Virus record (IMG/VR): IMGVR_UViG_3300050821_001994 | Location: 3,834-67,833 of that record | Strand: one strand, 5' to 3' | DNA: 64,000 nucleotides | Origin: a virus | In this document: in pieces, positions 49,464 through 59,822 of the stretch | Position numbering within the stretch: the first letter of the stretch is position 1 | Layout: each line of letters starts with the position of its first letter | The notes under the pieces: generated by a model | The model's database searches: none | What the model was told of the DNA's origin: nothing | What the model saw: the letters and a program-made list of their open reading frames with translations, nothing else | Position numbers and translations under genes: made by a program

Positions 49464-50160
49464 TTCGTAAGCTGTCGAGCGTAGGACGCCCGTTAACTTC
49501 CTTCGGGTTTAGAACATGGCCCCAAGTTGAGAGGAACTCCTGAACCATCCTCTGCATGACGATCTTGCGGGTCATCCACTCGCTTGTATTCTCGGGCAGC
49601 GGCTCGGCCTGTTCCGCCGCCCGTAAACCTCGTTCAATTTCTTCCCGTTCTTCTTCCGTACAGAAGAATCCACCGAGATCAAACCATTTGCCTTTCTCTG
49701 GCTTCTCATGTCGGGCTACGGCTACTTCTGCTCGAAACTGTTCAGTGTCAACCTTCGGGTCCAGAGCCTTTTCGAGCAACTCCTTAGCAGACTTTCCCGT
49801 TCTCTTTACGTACATTGCTAAAGGCATGGCCTTTGAAATTCCGATCTCGACTAACTTCTCTTTCGAGATTTCAGGCAGCAGATGATGAGCTACGGCCTTC
49901 GCTCCGTAAAGTTGAGTCCTAGATTTGCCAAACCTAGGCTCGCACCATTCACGCATATAAGCATCAAAAGTTCGGAATTTACGAACCGTCCATGCTTTAG
50001 AATTCTCTACATCATCAAGAGCAAGCCCGATCTCTACATACGTTTTCTGGAGGGACTCTCGCCCGTCCCTCGCGGTATCAAGCAGCCCGTCAACCCTTGC
50101 GAGCAACCTTCGGGAGACCGACTCATCAGTTTTCGGGAGAAGTTCTTGTACGGGAGTCAC
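49450..50160 (-). CDS. Hypothetical protein
   Basis: 236 aa ORF in operon. Confidence 0.6.
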   Translation of the reverse strand: MTPVQELLPKTDESVSRRLLARVDGLLDTARDGRESLQKTYVEIGLALDDVENSKAWTVRKFRTFDAYMREWCEPRFGKSRTQLYGAKAVAHHLLPEISKEKLVEIGISKAMPLAMYVKRTGKSAKELLEKALDPKVDTEQFRAEVAVARHEKPEKGKWFDLGGFFCTEEEREEIERGLRAAEQAEPLPENTSEWMTRKIVMQRMVQEFLSTWGHVLNPKEVNGRPTLDSLRSERP

Positions 50161-50327
50161 TTCGAAACCTCGTTCAATTCCTTGAGCAACTGCGCATAAC
50201 GAGAGTCAAAAGGCATAAACATCATCTTTTCGGCTAGGAAATCTACGAGTTGTTGGAGGCCCGGAAAGCCCTCCAACCTCGCCCGTATCTCAGAAACTTT
50301 GATTGGTTCGGGCATTCGGTTTCCGTA

Positions 50328-50699
50328 TTACAGTTGAACCCCGTCGAGCGAGATACCAGCGTTAGCCGTCATTACAGCTTCACGAACCTTGAGGATAGCA
50401 GTTAGCCTATCCTGCCCGTAAGGAACGTTCTGGAGAATAACCTTGGCGAAATACTTGCCTGCTTCCCGAATGGCTTGGAACTTCGGGAGCGTCGTCAAAG
50501 TAGGCGAGTGGTACGTAAAAATGTGGTCAATAACGGCTTCGGGCGACATCGCGGGAACCGGGGAATATGCCTGCTGAGCAGCTTGCCCGTAACAGTCCTG
50601 CGGGGCGTATGTCTTCTCAGCATACAAATTGGGGTCTTCGTTTTTCAGATTCAATGGACTTCTCCTGAGAGTTTGGATCACTTCAAAAGCACAACTCAT
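50328..50699 (-). CDS. Acb2/Tad1-like helical hairpin protein (putative signal sponge)
   Basis: FTYHSP..IREAG..QDRLTAILKVREAVMTANAGI. Confidence 0.65.
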   Translation of the reverse strand: MSCAFEVIQTLRRSPLNLKNEDPNLYAEKTYAPQDCYGQAAQQAYSPVPAMSPEAVIDHIFTYHSPTLTTLPKFQAIREAGKYFAKVILQNVPYGQDRLTAILKVREAVMTANAGISLDGVQL

Positions 50700-50938
50700 A
50701 ATCTATCGGATTTCCAAATCTTTGTCAAGTTGACAATGTTTCGAGCGATACTCGGGCGAGATTCCGATCAAGTGTAGAATAATCTCTGCGGCATCAAATA
50801 CGGCTTTCCGGCGCTGTACGTTTGCCGGACAAGGGTCTTTGTACTTCTCAAGCTCGATATACAGCTTCATTTCTATGTACAGGTGGTGTAAAGCCCGATG
50901 CAACTTGTATTGCCCGTAAACCCTTCTCCACCAAGCCC

Positions 50939-52822
50939 TCATTGCCCGCCTCCAAACAGATTAGGTTCTTCAACCGACGCTACCTCACTAAACGTGCTAA
51001 TTCCGCCAAGGAACAGCAGGCGGGTGAAACTCTTGCCCGGACCTTTCTCACGCACCTTCTGGAGACGCAGGTCCGTCAAAGGATCGTATTCGTTTGTCCC
51101 GTACTCCGCGTCATCCCCGGTATGCTTGACTTCTTCCCGGTGGATGTTGAACACGAAGGAGGAGTCGTTCTGTACAGCTTTCGAGCCATCAAGATCGGAC
51201 ACATGGTTAACCTTGCGCTTGTGGTTTTGGTCGGCCTTTCGGGACTGGTGGAGATTTATCCACTTTAGTCCGTAGGCCCCCGCCATATTAGTTATGCGCT
51301 GCATGGCGTTTGCCTGCGCTTTGATAGGATCATGCTCGTTCCGGCAAAGGAAGCCTAAGTTGTCGAGCACAGCGACTGTACCTCCGAAGCGGCGGACGGC
51401 AGCCTCCATCAAGTCCAGAACCTCGGTGATGTTTGTGAAAGAGGTATTCCGGCCAATGTAATACTTCAAGTCTGGGGGCAGCATCTTGCCCGCTATGTGG
51501 TAGTCTTCTTCGGTCAAAGTGAGGCGGTCTTTTCGAAGCAGATGAGAAGCCAAGATAGTGTTGATCTGCTCTTGGTTCATCTCAGCCTGATAGTTGATAA
51601 CCGTCTCGTTGTGCTTCAGAGCCGCGTGAAGAGTCCATTGGAAAGCAAGAGTGGTCTTTCCCATGCCCGAGTCCGTTGAGTAAATCGTAGTGACGGTTCC
51701 GGGCGTGATGATAGCCATGTCATCTACAGACTTCCACGGAGCCCGCAAACGGTACGGATTGTCTGCCGAGCTACTTTGACTCGCTGTTAGAAGGCTCTGA
51801 CGAACGTCATAGACACCCTCCATCGGTTTGCTGCGAGCGACCTCTACGAGCTTCTGAATCTCCGTACGGAATGCGGATACGTCGCCCGAACACTTCTTCA
51901 GAAAATACTCATTAGCATCTTTGCACCCATCCGGCCATCGGAGCCAAAACGTGCGTTCTTTCATATCAACAAATAAGCGAGACATGGCCTTCTTGCCCGC
52001 GTCATCGTTATCGCCCGCGAGGACTACGTATTCGGCGGACAACAATAAATCCTTGTCTGCGGGTGTCAGTTGATACGTAGCATTCGGAAGACTGACGGCC
52101 CGGAAACCCGCTTGCTCCAGAACACAAGCATCTAGCTCTCCTTCAACAAGGAACGCAGGTTCGAGAAAGTCAATAGTCTCTCGATTAAACAGGACCGTAG
52201 ACATTCCGGGCTGCTTACAAAAGGACTTAGACACGATGCTTCGGTATTTAATACTTGTAACATTTCCATCACCGAAGGTTGGGAAAGTGATCCAACCGCT
52301 AGCCGATACTTTAGCTCCAGATTCTCCGGCGAGTTTACCAACATCACTTCGAAAACCGATTCTAAGACGTTTAGCCGTTGGTGCATCAATTCCTCTGCTT
52401 TTAAGGAAAGTGAGGGCAGCGGGCGAATTCTGTAGCGCGGACTCGAAGGCTTTGTACGACTCTTCCGGGTAAGTTTTGACACTAGCTTTCTCCTGAGATA
52501 CGGGCTTGAATACGGTTTCCACACGGGCTCGGTCTCCCGCCCACGCACTACAGAACTCTCGGACAATATGAACGGCTTGTTTGAAGTCAACTCCATCGGC
52601 CTTTTGCACACAGTCGATCACGCTGCCCGACACGTTACAGGCCATACAGTGATGAATCCACGTACCCTCGTGTTGGTAGACATCCAAACTAGGGTTCTTG
52701 TCTGAATGCCAGATACACGGGCCCCTCCATCGCCGCCCGTCCTGCTTGAGCGATAGCCGGGTACGGTAGAGATCGAGTACGCGGGGATGTTGTTTTAACT
52801 CTTGGAGGCTATTTTCTGACAA
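50939..52822 (-). CDS. Primase-helicase (CHC2 zinc finger + TOPRIM + SF4 helicase)
   Basis: CIWH..CMAC; EGELD; GDNDDAG; KDANE; SGMGKTT; GAGGAG RBS before TTG at 52822. Confidence 0.9.
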   Translation of the reverse strand: MSENSLQELKQHPRVLDLYRTRLSLKQDGRRWRGPCIWHSDKNPSLDVYQHEGTWIHHCMACNVSGSVIDCVQKADGVDFKQAVHIVREFCSAWAGDRARVETVFKPVSQEKASVKTYPEESYKAFESALQNSPAALTFLKSRGIDAPTAKRLRIGFRSDVGKLAGESGAKVSASGWITFPTFGDGNVTSIKYRSIVSKSFCKQPGMSTVLFNRETIDFLEPAFLVEGELDACVLEQAGFRAVSLPNATYQLTPADKDLLLSAEYVVLAGDNDDAGKKAMSRLFVDMKERTFWLRWPDGCKDANEYFLKKCSGDVSAFRTEIQKLVEVARSKPMEGVYDVRQSLLTASQSSSADNPYRLRAPWKSVDDMAIITPGTVTTIYSTDSGMGKTTLAFQWTLHAALKHNETVINYQAEMNQEQINTILASHLLRKDRLTLTEEDYHIAGKMLPPDLKYYIGRNTSFTNITEVLDLMEAAVRRFGGTVAVLDNLGFLCRNEHDPIKAQANAMQRITNMAGAYGLKWINLHQSRKADQNHKRKVNHVSDLDGSKAVQNDSSFVFNIHREEVKHTGDDAEYGTNEYDPLTDLRLQKVREKGPGKSFTRLLFLGGISTFSEVASVEEPNLFGGGQ

Positions 52823-53603
52823 GCAGTGACTCCTCGGGCGACTAGATAACCGATCAAATGTTCGGGAGTTGACCCGCGTTGTTCCGGAATAACAAACTCG
52901 TAAACGAAAGTATCTTCTATTTTTTCTGCCTTGGTAATAATCACAGTATCGCCCGCGTGCTGGTTCCAAGGATGCTCGACAATTCGTACCAAATCCCCGA
53001 CTTCGTATTTCATTGCCCGCCTCTTTTCCGTACCATCAACCAGACAATCAGCACAGTGTTTACGGGCGACAGTAGCCCGCTAATCCACATAAACCAAAGC
53101 TCCGGGTGAGTCCAGTGCCCGTTATGAATCACGGGCAGGAATGTCCCATTTCATCGTGAAGATACTCGCCACACTTCGGACAATGATCTATGTCTACGGG
53201 CTTCGACCACAGTTTATGGGTATGCCGTTCCCACGTATGCAGCCCGTTCGTTTTCCGTATAGTCGCCCGCAAAGCTTCCTCCACGATCTTTACGCACTCG
53301 TCAGTGGCTTCTTGTACGGTCAGAGATACCATTCCGTACCCTCCTGCCCTTTTCTGCATCCTATCGGCTATTTTCCAGCGGTCTATTGCGTTCATTTCCG
53401 CTTCCAGTCCTGCCCATTAGCCAAGGTAGCCTTCTCGGGCATACATTTCACGCATCGACTCCCCAGCCCGCCCCACTCCAGAACGACCCGCTTGCCCGTT
53501 ATCTTCTTTCCGCATTTACCGCATACATCTTGCCTAGCTCGCGCCATGCTTCAAATACTCCCTTAACGCACGATAAACTCAACAGGATTGAAAGGAACCA
53601 TGC

Positions 53604-54038
53604 CTAAGATTTACTACCGTCCCGGATAGGGCACCAAGTTGGGCCGAACCTTATAGAGTCTAGCCAATCCAAGAACACATCCAATGGGTAGTCTGACTTT
53701 GCCATATTACAAAACCCACAAGATAGCGCTATGTTGGATTCGTCGTCAGGCCCACCAACAGAAATGGGGATAATGTGATCTAAATGTATTGATGCTCCGT
53801 TGAACTTATTTCCGCAGTACCAACAAAGCCAACCGAATCTACGAGATAGAGAAAATTGAAGTGTACGTCTTTCCGTAGCAGTTCGAGACACACGTACGGT
53901 TTTATTTGGATTGGGTGTAAATGCCACTTGGGAGTCCTTAAGGTGGGAAGATAGGCGAGGGAATTCAGTGCCTATTACATTAGATGCTACTACCCACCGA
54001 AAGGATGCATGATTTGTCATTTCGACAATCTTTTCCAT
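53604..54038 (-). CDS. HNH endonuclease
   Basis: CWYCG..LDHIIPISVGG..NIALSCGFCNMAK. Confidence 0.88.
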   Translation of the reverse strand: MEKIVEMTNHASFRWVVASNVIGTEFPRLSSHLKDSQVAFTPNPNKTVRVSRTATERRTLQFSLSRRFGWLCWYCGNKFNGASIHLDHIIPISVGGPDDESNIALSCGFCNMAKSDYPLDVFLDWLDSIRFGPTWCPIRDGSKS

Positions 54039-54352
54039 ATCCGCAGTCCGTTTTCCGTATGCCAGAGGACTTTCTTACATAGGGGGCAGGCAAGCATGTT
54101 AGTTTTCCCGTGTATAGTTTTGCCCGTCGTCACAGGCGAAAGTTGTAGTCGGTGGAATAAAGGTAACCCCAACCTTCCCATTGCTCAGTACCGTAGTGGC
54201 ACTCCCGCCCTGAGTATGAGCTACGGGCTTGCAGTGGTGAATGGCGGAGAAGGACTCCCAAGCCATCTCCTCTTGATAAGCCGCGTACCCAACTAGCCCG
54301 ATAATAGCTACGATGAACACGACTATGATCCAAGGTCTGTCTAAAAACCAAT

Positions 54353-54997
54353 TCATAATCCATCCCCCAAAGTGTCTTCTACGAGGTCCGCGAGGTCTGA
54401 CTCTTCCTTCATCCGGGCAGCCAATTCTTCAGCGGCCTTTTTCTGTTCAGCTTCCGTACTCGCCCGTAGCAACTCTTGGGTACGAACTTCTTTCTCTCGT
54501 CTACGGGCTTGGACTGCTAGTAACTGCTCGGCAGCTTCCGTAAACGTCTTAGCTGCCTGCCGAACAGAGAAGTCATCGTTCTCAATGTTTCCCCAGAACT
54601 CTTGGAAGGCTGATTTGATGTCTGCGGGCGAGTGTTCAGCCATCAGACGCCCGACAGCCGCTTGCTGCTCGCGATTGAACAGTACCCGGTTGTCTGAGAT
54701 CGCGGCCAACTCGTTCAACAGGGCATACAGGTCTCCCTTGGGCTTGAGTTGAATAACCCCCGTACAGATTCCGGGAGCCACTTTCAAAAACTCGGAGACT
54801 GGCTTCTGAATCTGATCTCCCTTTCGGGTTTCCGCCCACTCTTCAAAAGCCTCGTGAACCCTGCGCTCCCCAAATACCTCGGCCAACTGTTTCAGGTTGT
54901 CCCACGTTTCCTGCCATCGGTCGGGTTCGGGCTGACACCCGAGATTTAACAGGCAAGACTTGACGACCTTCTTCTTGATAGACATTACTAGTTCCAC
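54353..54997 (-). CDS. Hypothetical protein, possibly replication-associated
   Basis: Coupled to the upstream DUF1376-like gene. Confidence 0.5.
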   Translation of the reverse strand: MELVMSIKKKVVKSCLLNLGCQPEPDRWQETWDNLKQLAEVFGERRVHEAFEEWAETRKGDQIQKPVSEFLKVAPGICTGVIQLKPKGDLYALLNELAAISDNRVLFNREQQAAVGRLMAEHSPADIKSAFQEFWGNIENDDFSVRQAAKTFTEAAEQLLAVQARRREKEVRTQELLRASTEAEQKKAAEELAARMKEESDLADLVEDTLGDGL

Positions 54998-55500
54998 CTA
55001 TCCGCGAATTGATCGAGCGAGAGCGAGGGGGTTGATTCCTCTGTCTCTACTTCACTCTGGCTCTGACTATTACTCTCTCTCTTACTCTTACTAGTTAACT
55101 CTTCGTTGACGACGGGCTGACTTCCGTTGAACGTGCGTTTAACGGACGCTGACTTGCGGCCTAATTCGGCCATTTTCTCCCGTTTGTCTAGCAGCTTGCC
55201 CCAGTCCTCCACCACCCTTTTGTTACCTATCAGTCCGTTTTCCGTAGTTTCGAAGCGGGCGAGCACGGGACCACTATTTGCCCGCCATTGCTCCAGAGAT
55301 TCACATCCGGCCAAAACCCACAGAATGGCTTCTTCTTTCGGAAGATACGGGCGTGTGCTGTGAAAGAACGACGCCTGCAAAAGAGTTCGGTACATCCATC
55401 TCTGAACAGGAGTCATCCCCCGGACATACACATCCGATAGAAACTCTTCTTCGTTCCAAGGCTGGTATCCGGGCTTCTGCTTATACACTAGGGCCTCCAC
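54988..55500 (-). CDS. DUF1376/YdaU-like replication protein
   Basis: FLSD..MTPVQRWMYRTLL..NKRV..GRKS. Confidence 0.55.
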   Translation of the reverse strand: MEALVYKQKPGYQPWNEEEFLSDVYVRGMTPVQRWMYRTLLQASFFHSTRPYLPKEEAILWVLAGCESLEQWRANSGPVLARFETTENGLIGNKRVVEDWGKLLDKREKMAELGRKSASVKRTFNGSQPVVNEELTSKSKRESNSQSQSEVETEESTPSLSLDQFADRWN

Positions 55501-55961
55501 CGGACAGCGTTCTTGGCCTTAGACCACTCTTCCTTAGTTAGCTTGTCATCGTCTCCGAACGATATGGGATCGAACTTCACAGACGATTCTTCATCAATCC
55601 CAAACATGAAGTTTGCGGGCACTAGCGGGCTCGAACCAAGAAGCACCACCAGAAACCCACCCACGAAACATCCGGAAATTTTCTTAACTGTGGCAGAGTC
55701 TTGCTTCCATTGATCTAACGAAAGATAGGGCTTTACTTCTGAAAGAATGAATCCCGGATCGGACTCTAAATCATTAGCAGCTAGAGTGATTTGGAAATCA
55801 GGTCTCCACGCTACGAGATTTACAAGGGGCTCGTAATCGTAGCTGATGTTACGAATATCAAAGAAGCACGCCCAAGAAGCCTCCAGTTCCGAGCGGAAGT
55901 CAACACCGTTGTAGGTTGTGGGGCGGGATTTGATGGAGTGTTTGAATACATTGTTCATCAT
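55488..55961 (-). CDS. PD-(D/E)xK nuclease-like protein
   Basis: FRSELEASWA..YDYEP..PDF..EVKP. Confidence 0.7.
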   Translation of the reverse strand: MMNNVFKHSIKSRPTTYNGVDFRSELEASWACFFDIRNISYDYEPLVNLVAWRPDFQITLAANDLESDPGFILSEVKPYLSLDQWKQDSATVKKISGCFVGGFLVVLLGSSPLVPANFMFGIDEESSVKFDPISFGDDDKLTKEEWSKAKNAVRWRP

Positions 55962-56791
55962 AGCTCCGCTAGAGAATCTTCCTTTTCCGGTTTAACAACC
56001 CGTCTCAAATGCTTGAACCTATCGTAGATGGTAAAAATACAGCCGAACGTATGCCAGTCAAGATCGAACTCTTCAGGCTTGTATCTACGAGCTTCAAAAT
56101 CCCCGCCCTCTTTATCCATCCGTAAACCGTATCGGACCTTCGGAAGAAGCCCGTGCATCTCTTCGTAAATCTTTGCGTACGGAGTCATTTGTACCGGGCA
56201 TTCAGGCCACAGAGCCTTCGTGGATTTGTAGTCCACAATCGAAAACTCATCATCTACATAGCCAATCCAGTCCGGACGCCCGCACACCCCTGTTTCGAGT
56301 GAGTAGAGAGGCTCCTCTACAGCTACAGGCACCATCTTGTGCTTGCTGAAGAAATCGAGAGCGTTCTCTATGCAATTCCGAGGCTGTCTTTCTTCGGGCT
56401 TGGGAGGAATATCCGTTTTGCGTATGACCGCCCGCCAGTAGTCCCTGATCCAGTCATGCGCCGAGGTTCCAATATCGGCGGCTTCCTCGCGCTTGGTTTC
56501 AGCCCAAGTTCTTGCCCGTTCAATAATCTTGAAAACATCCTGTACTGAAAACGAATCCTGCTCGACAAGTTTACGGATGTTCTCTTCAATGTAATCACAT
56601 GTGATTCTGATAGCCCACGGTTTGATTGCAGGCTTATTAAGCACATTGAGAATAGTGGTTACGTTGGAAGCGTGAGTAGGCTTCCCTCCGTCCACAGACA
56701 CTCGGTAGCGATGAGAGGAATCCCGGTAAAGGAGTTTTACTCGCCCGTTATAGAGATCAAATGATTCTTCGGGCTGGACTATCTTAGCCAC
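55958..56791 (-). CDS. PD-(D/E)xK exonuclease
   Basis: NVTTIL, GTSAH, GRPD..VDYKS..Q..Y. Confidence 0.8.
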   Translation of the reverse strand: MAKIVQPEESFDLYNGRVKLLYRDSSHRYRVSVDGGKPTHASNVTTILNVLNKPAIKPWAIRITCDYIEENIRKLVEQDSFSVQDVFKIIERARTWAETKREEAADIGTSAHDWIRDYWRAVIRKTDIPPKPEERQPRNCIENALDFFSKHKMVPVAVEEPLYSLETGVCGRPDWIGYVDDEFSIVDYKSTKALWPECPVQMTPYAKIYEEMHGLLPKVRYGLRMDKEGGDFEARRYKPEEFDLDWHTFGCIFTIYDRFKHLRRVVKPEKEDSLAEL

Positions 56792-57947
56792 GGCTGCCGC
56801 CTACCACGCCCCAGAACACGAAGGCCGCGAAGAACACCCCTATTCCGACCCCGATTGCCCCGTAGTAAGGAAGCCAAACAGCGGATATCAGCCCGGACGC
56901 TAATCCCGGAAGGAACGACAGCAGAAGAACACCTTGTACTTCTTGGTCAGTAGTCATTGTTGCTATTCCTCTATAGTTGTTGATAAGTACCGACGTTTCG
57001 TAACTAACGTGCTCGAAAATAAATCAGACACACCAAGCCCGTAATAGCCACGAGCAATTGCAGCACGGCACACACAGTACGGATTGTGGACTTGCGGGCG
57101 TCGGTCATCAGTCGTTAGCGAAACATCCACCAGTTCTAACCCACAGTTTTACGTCGTCCCACAAACCGCAGGTTGTAGTTCCATCGTCATTGCGAGTCAA
57201 TGCCGGACACGGGCCTCGCCAATTTTCGGCTTTAGGAGCCCAAGGATCGTGTCCCGGTCTAAACTTAGCCATAGCAATATGGCAGAGTTCTCGCTCGCAG
57301 CAGACGCCGCAGCGATTACACGCCTGTCCATAAGCAGGCTTCTGGAGAATGACTAGACTCATTTGATCTCGTAAGACATACACTTGTTATCTAGCTGGAC
57401 GCCCGTAAGATGGACGTTCTTGTAGTCGGGCTCCCCGTCCTTCAGAGGAGCAACAGCCTTGACGTTCTCAGACAAGATCACGCAATTCTTGCCCGACCAG
57501 ACAGCGAACGCCTCTTTCTCTCGGGCACCCGCTGCTGTACAGAAAACGAATAGACACATAAGCCCGTACTTCATTTCGCAGCCGCCACAGAGTAGTGAAC
57601 AATTTCATACACGCCCGGACCAACGGCAAACGACTGAGTAAAGAACCGTCCTCCGAGATAGGACATACCGAACACGCCCGCAAAGGCGGGTAGCTCGGAA
57701 TCCCAATGTTCGTGTGAACGTGGGTTTCGACAGGCAATAACCAACGCGGCAGCCGCGCCCGCCTGAGATAACCAGAACGTCTTTGACTTGAAGAACTGCT
57801 TGTTAGTTCTTAGGGGAGGGTCTTGCCAAGACTTCCGGAACGTGAAGAAGCTCGCGGGCTTCGGTTGAGGCTCAGGAGCATCGGGGAGGGCTTGCCCGTA
57901 AACCATCGGGCAAAGCAACGTAGCGAAAGTGAGTAGTAGGGTTTTCA

Positions 57948-58322
57948 TTAGAAAATGTCCGGCTCCTCTACAGGCTGTTGCTGACGGGCTGCGGGCTTAT
58001 GAGACGGCTCTCCATCCGCTTTCCGGACATCAATCGTGTTAGCTACGATATCTGTAGAGGTCTTCTGCTGACCCTGCCACTCGTAGTTGCGGCTCGTGAG
58101 ACGCCCGTACATTGTGAACTTGGTTCCGGGTGCGAGTTGCGCGATAGCTTCCGCTAGATCGTTCCAAGCAGTGACCTTGAATACGAACGGGTCTTTAGCA
58201 GACTTGCCGTATCCGTTGGGCACGGTCATTTCGAAGTTAGCGAGGGCTGCGCCCTTCGCGGTGTACTTTACGACGGGCTCGCCCGCTAAAGCACCTTCAA
58301 TAACTACCAGAGTTGATGACAT
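57948..58322 (-). CDS. ssb: Single-stranded DNA-binding protein
   Basis: OB-fold pattern (PVVKYT, VTAW, GRLTSRNY); acidic aromatic tail EEPDIF. Confidence 0.85.
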   Translation of the reverse strand: MSSTLVVIEGALAGEPVVKYTAKGAALANFEMTVPNGYGKSAKDPFVFKVTAWNDLAEAIAQLAPGTKFTMYGRLTSRNYEWQGQQKTSTDIVANTIDVRKADGEPSHKPAARQQQPVEEPDIF

Positions 58323-59021
58323 CAGTTTTGCTCCTTGGGAGATATAAAGAACGAGAATGGCTTTACGGGCAGGAGGGCATCAAACTTCTCTATGAAATCG
58401 GATACCTTTTTGGGAAGCCTGATAAGGGTTGCCGGGGCAGGACAGTAACTATCACACCCGACCCAAAGGGATTTATTATTCGTGGCCCTCTTTAACGCCA
58501 AAGCTACGGGGCAGTTATTAGCTATCCCTATTTTCCCGGTCTTAAGAAACTTTTTCGCCTTCTCGATATCCTTTTCGGTAACTTCAATCTTGATTTTCAT
58601 GGATTCACCTTCTTTACGGCTTCTAACGTGTGGCAAGCGAGAACACTAGGGGGAGGGGATTCGACACGCGCCACTTCAACTGCCCGTGAATACACGATAA
58701 CAATTTCATCTTCGCTTGTCAAGTTGACAAACATCTCGGTGGCTTTAGGCCCGCAGAAAAGCAGGGATTCCGAGTACAGCAACGGTGCGTATGCGGGCTT
58801 CCACGTCAGAACCGTCCATTGCTTGCCCGAAATACGGATTACATCGAGACCCGCAACTGTTCCCATCTGGTACGTACGTGGATTCGTGTAGTGGAAGATA
58901 TCAGGCACGGGCTTTGAAGGTTGTTTGGGAGCAGCGTGCCCGCGAATCTCCGTCCAAAACAAAATGAGCAGGGTCACGATAATGACCACTGCCCATCGGA
59001 AGAGGTTGCCGAGATAGCGCA

Positions 59022-59597
59022 TTAGACCTTCAGATTCCGGCGAACGACGCCCGCCAGCCCGACCAATCCAGTGCCTAGCAAAGTCAGCGATCCGGGCTCC
59101 GGAACTGCTGCACTCCCGTTGTTAATGTTCCCGTTTCCAAGGCTTCCGTAAGACCATTGCCCGTTTACCGGACTACCGTTGAGGCGCTCAGTGAACACGC
59201 CCGTGTACGGGACATAAGACCACTGTCCGGTTTTCGAACTGTAGGAATAGTCGTAGCCCGAGAACAGCGCCTTGAATACGTCAGTATTTGAGTTGAAAAC
59301 CCCGTTGTACAGGCTTCCGTATAGCTCGGTATACTGCGTTCCACTCTTGTTAGTGAAGTAATCGTACGCCCATCCGGACATGCTTCCCTTACTCCCGTAG
59401 GCGTAGAACTCCATCTCGTTCCAGTTGTGATTCGAGCCCGTACCGTAGCTGTAACCGTACAGATAGTTGTAGGAGCCCGAAGTGTAGGTGTAGGCTTCGC
59501 TGCCATAGTTGGAATTCCACGACACCGAATTGATAGAGTTTGCGAATGCGGGCAACGATGCCAGCATCAGAACGAAGATTAGCTTGAGTGTTTTCAT
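59022..59597 (-). CDS. PEP-CTERM sorting-domain protein
   Basis: Signal peptide; VPEPGSLTLLGTGLVGLAGVVRR. Confidence 0.92.
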   Translation of the reverse strand: MKTLKLIFVLMLASLPAFANSINSVSWNSNYGSEAYTYTSGSYNYLYGYSYGTGSNHNWNEMEFYAYGSKGSMSGWAYDYFTNKSGTQYTELYGSLYNGVFNSNTDVFKALFSGYDYSYSSKTGQWSYVPYTGVFTERLNGSPVNGQWSYGSLGNGNINNGSAAVPEPGSLTLLGTGLVGLAGVVRRNLKV

Positions 59598-59822
59598 GTT
59601 CTCCCTAGAATTTGTAAGTCTTTTCGTTTGAGCGTTTCAGGTTATCACCCGCAAGGTAAACAGATTTTCCCGTTACCTCGGAGCCCGCAGTAAAAGCCCA
59701 ACAATCGTCTTCTTTTCCTTTTACCACGATTTCTATTACGATTTCTCGGGTTTCCTGATCTATCCAAGTGCTTACCTCTCGGATGACCTTTCCTCTAAGT
59801 TTCGGGTGAACGATTTTCTTAG

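Noticed and set aside
52823-52969. N-terminal extension of the primase-helicase
   Set aside because: Overlaps the separate ORF 52795-53013; a GAGGAG RBS supports the TTG start at 52822
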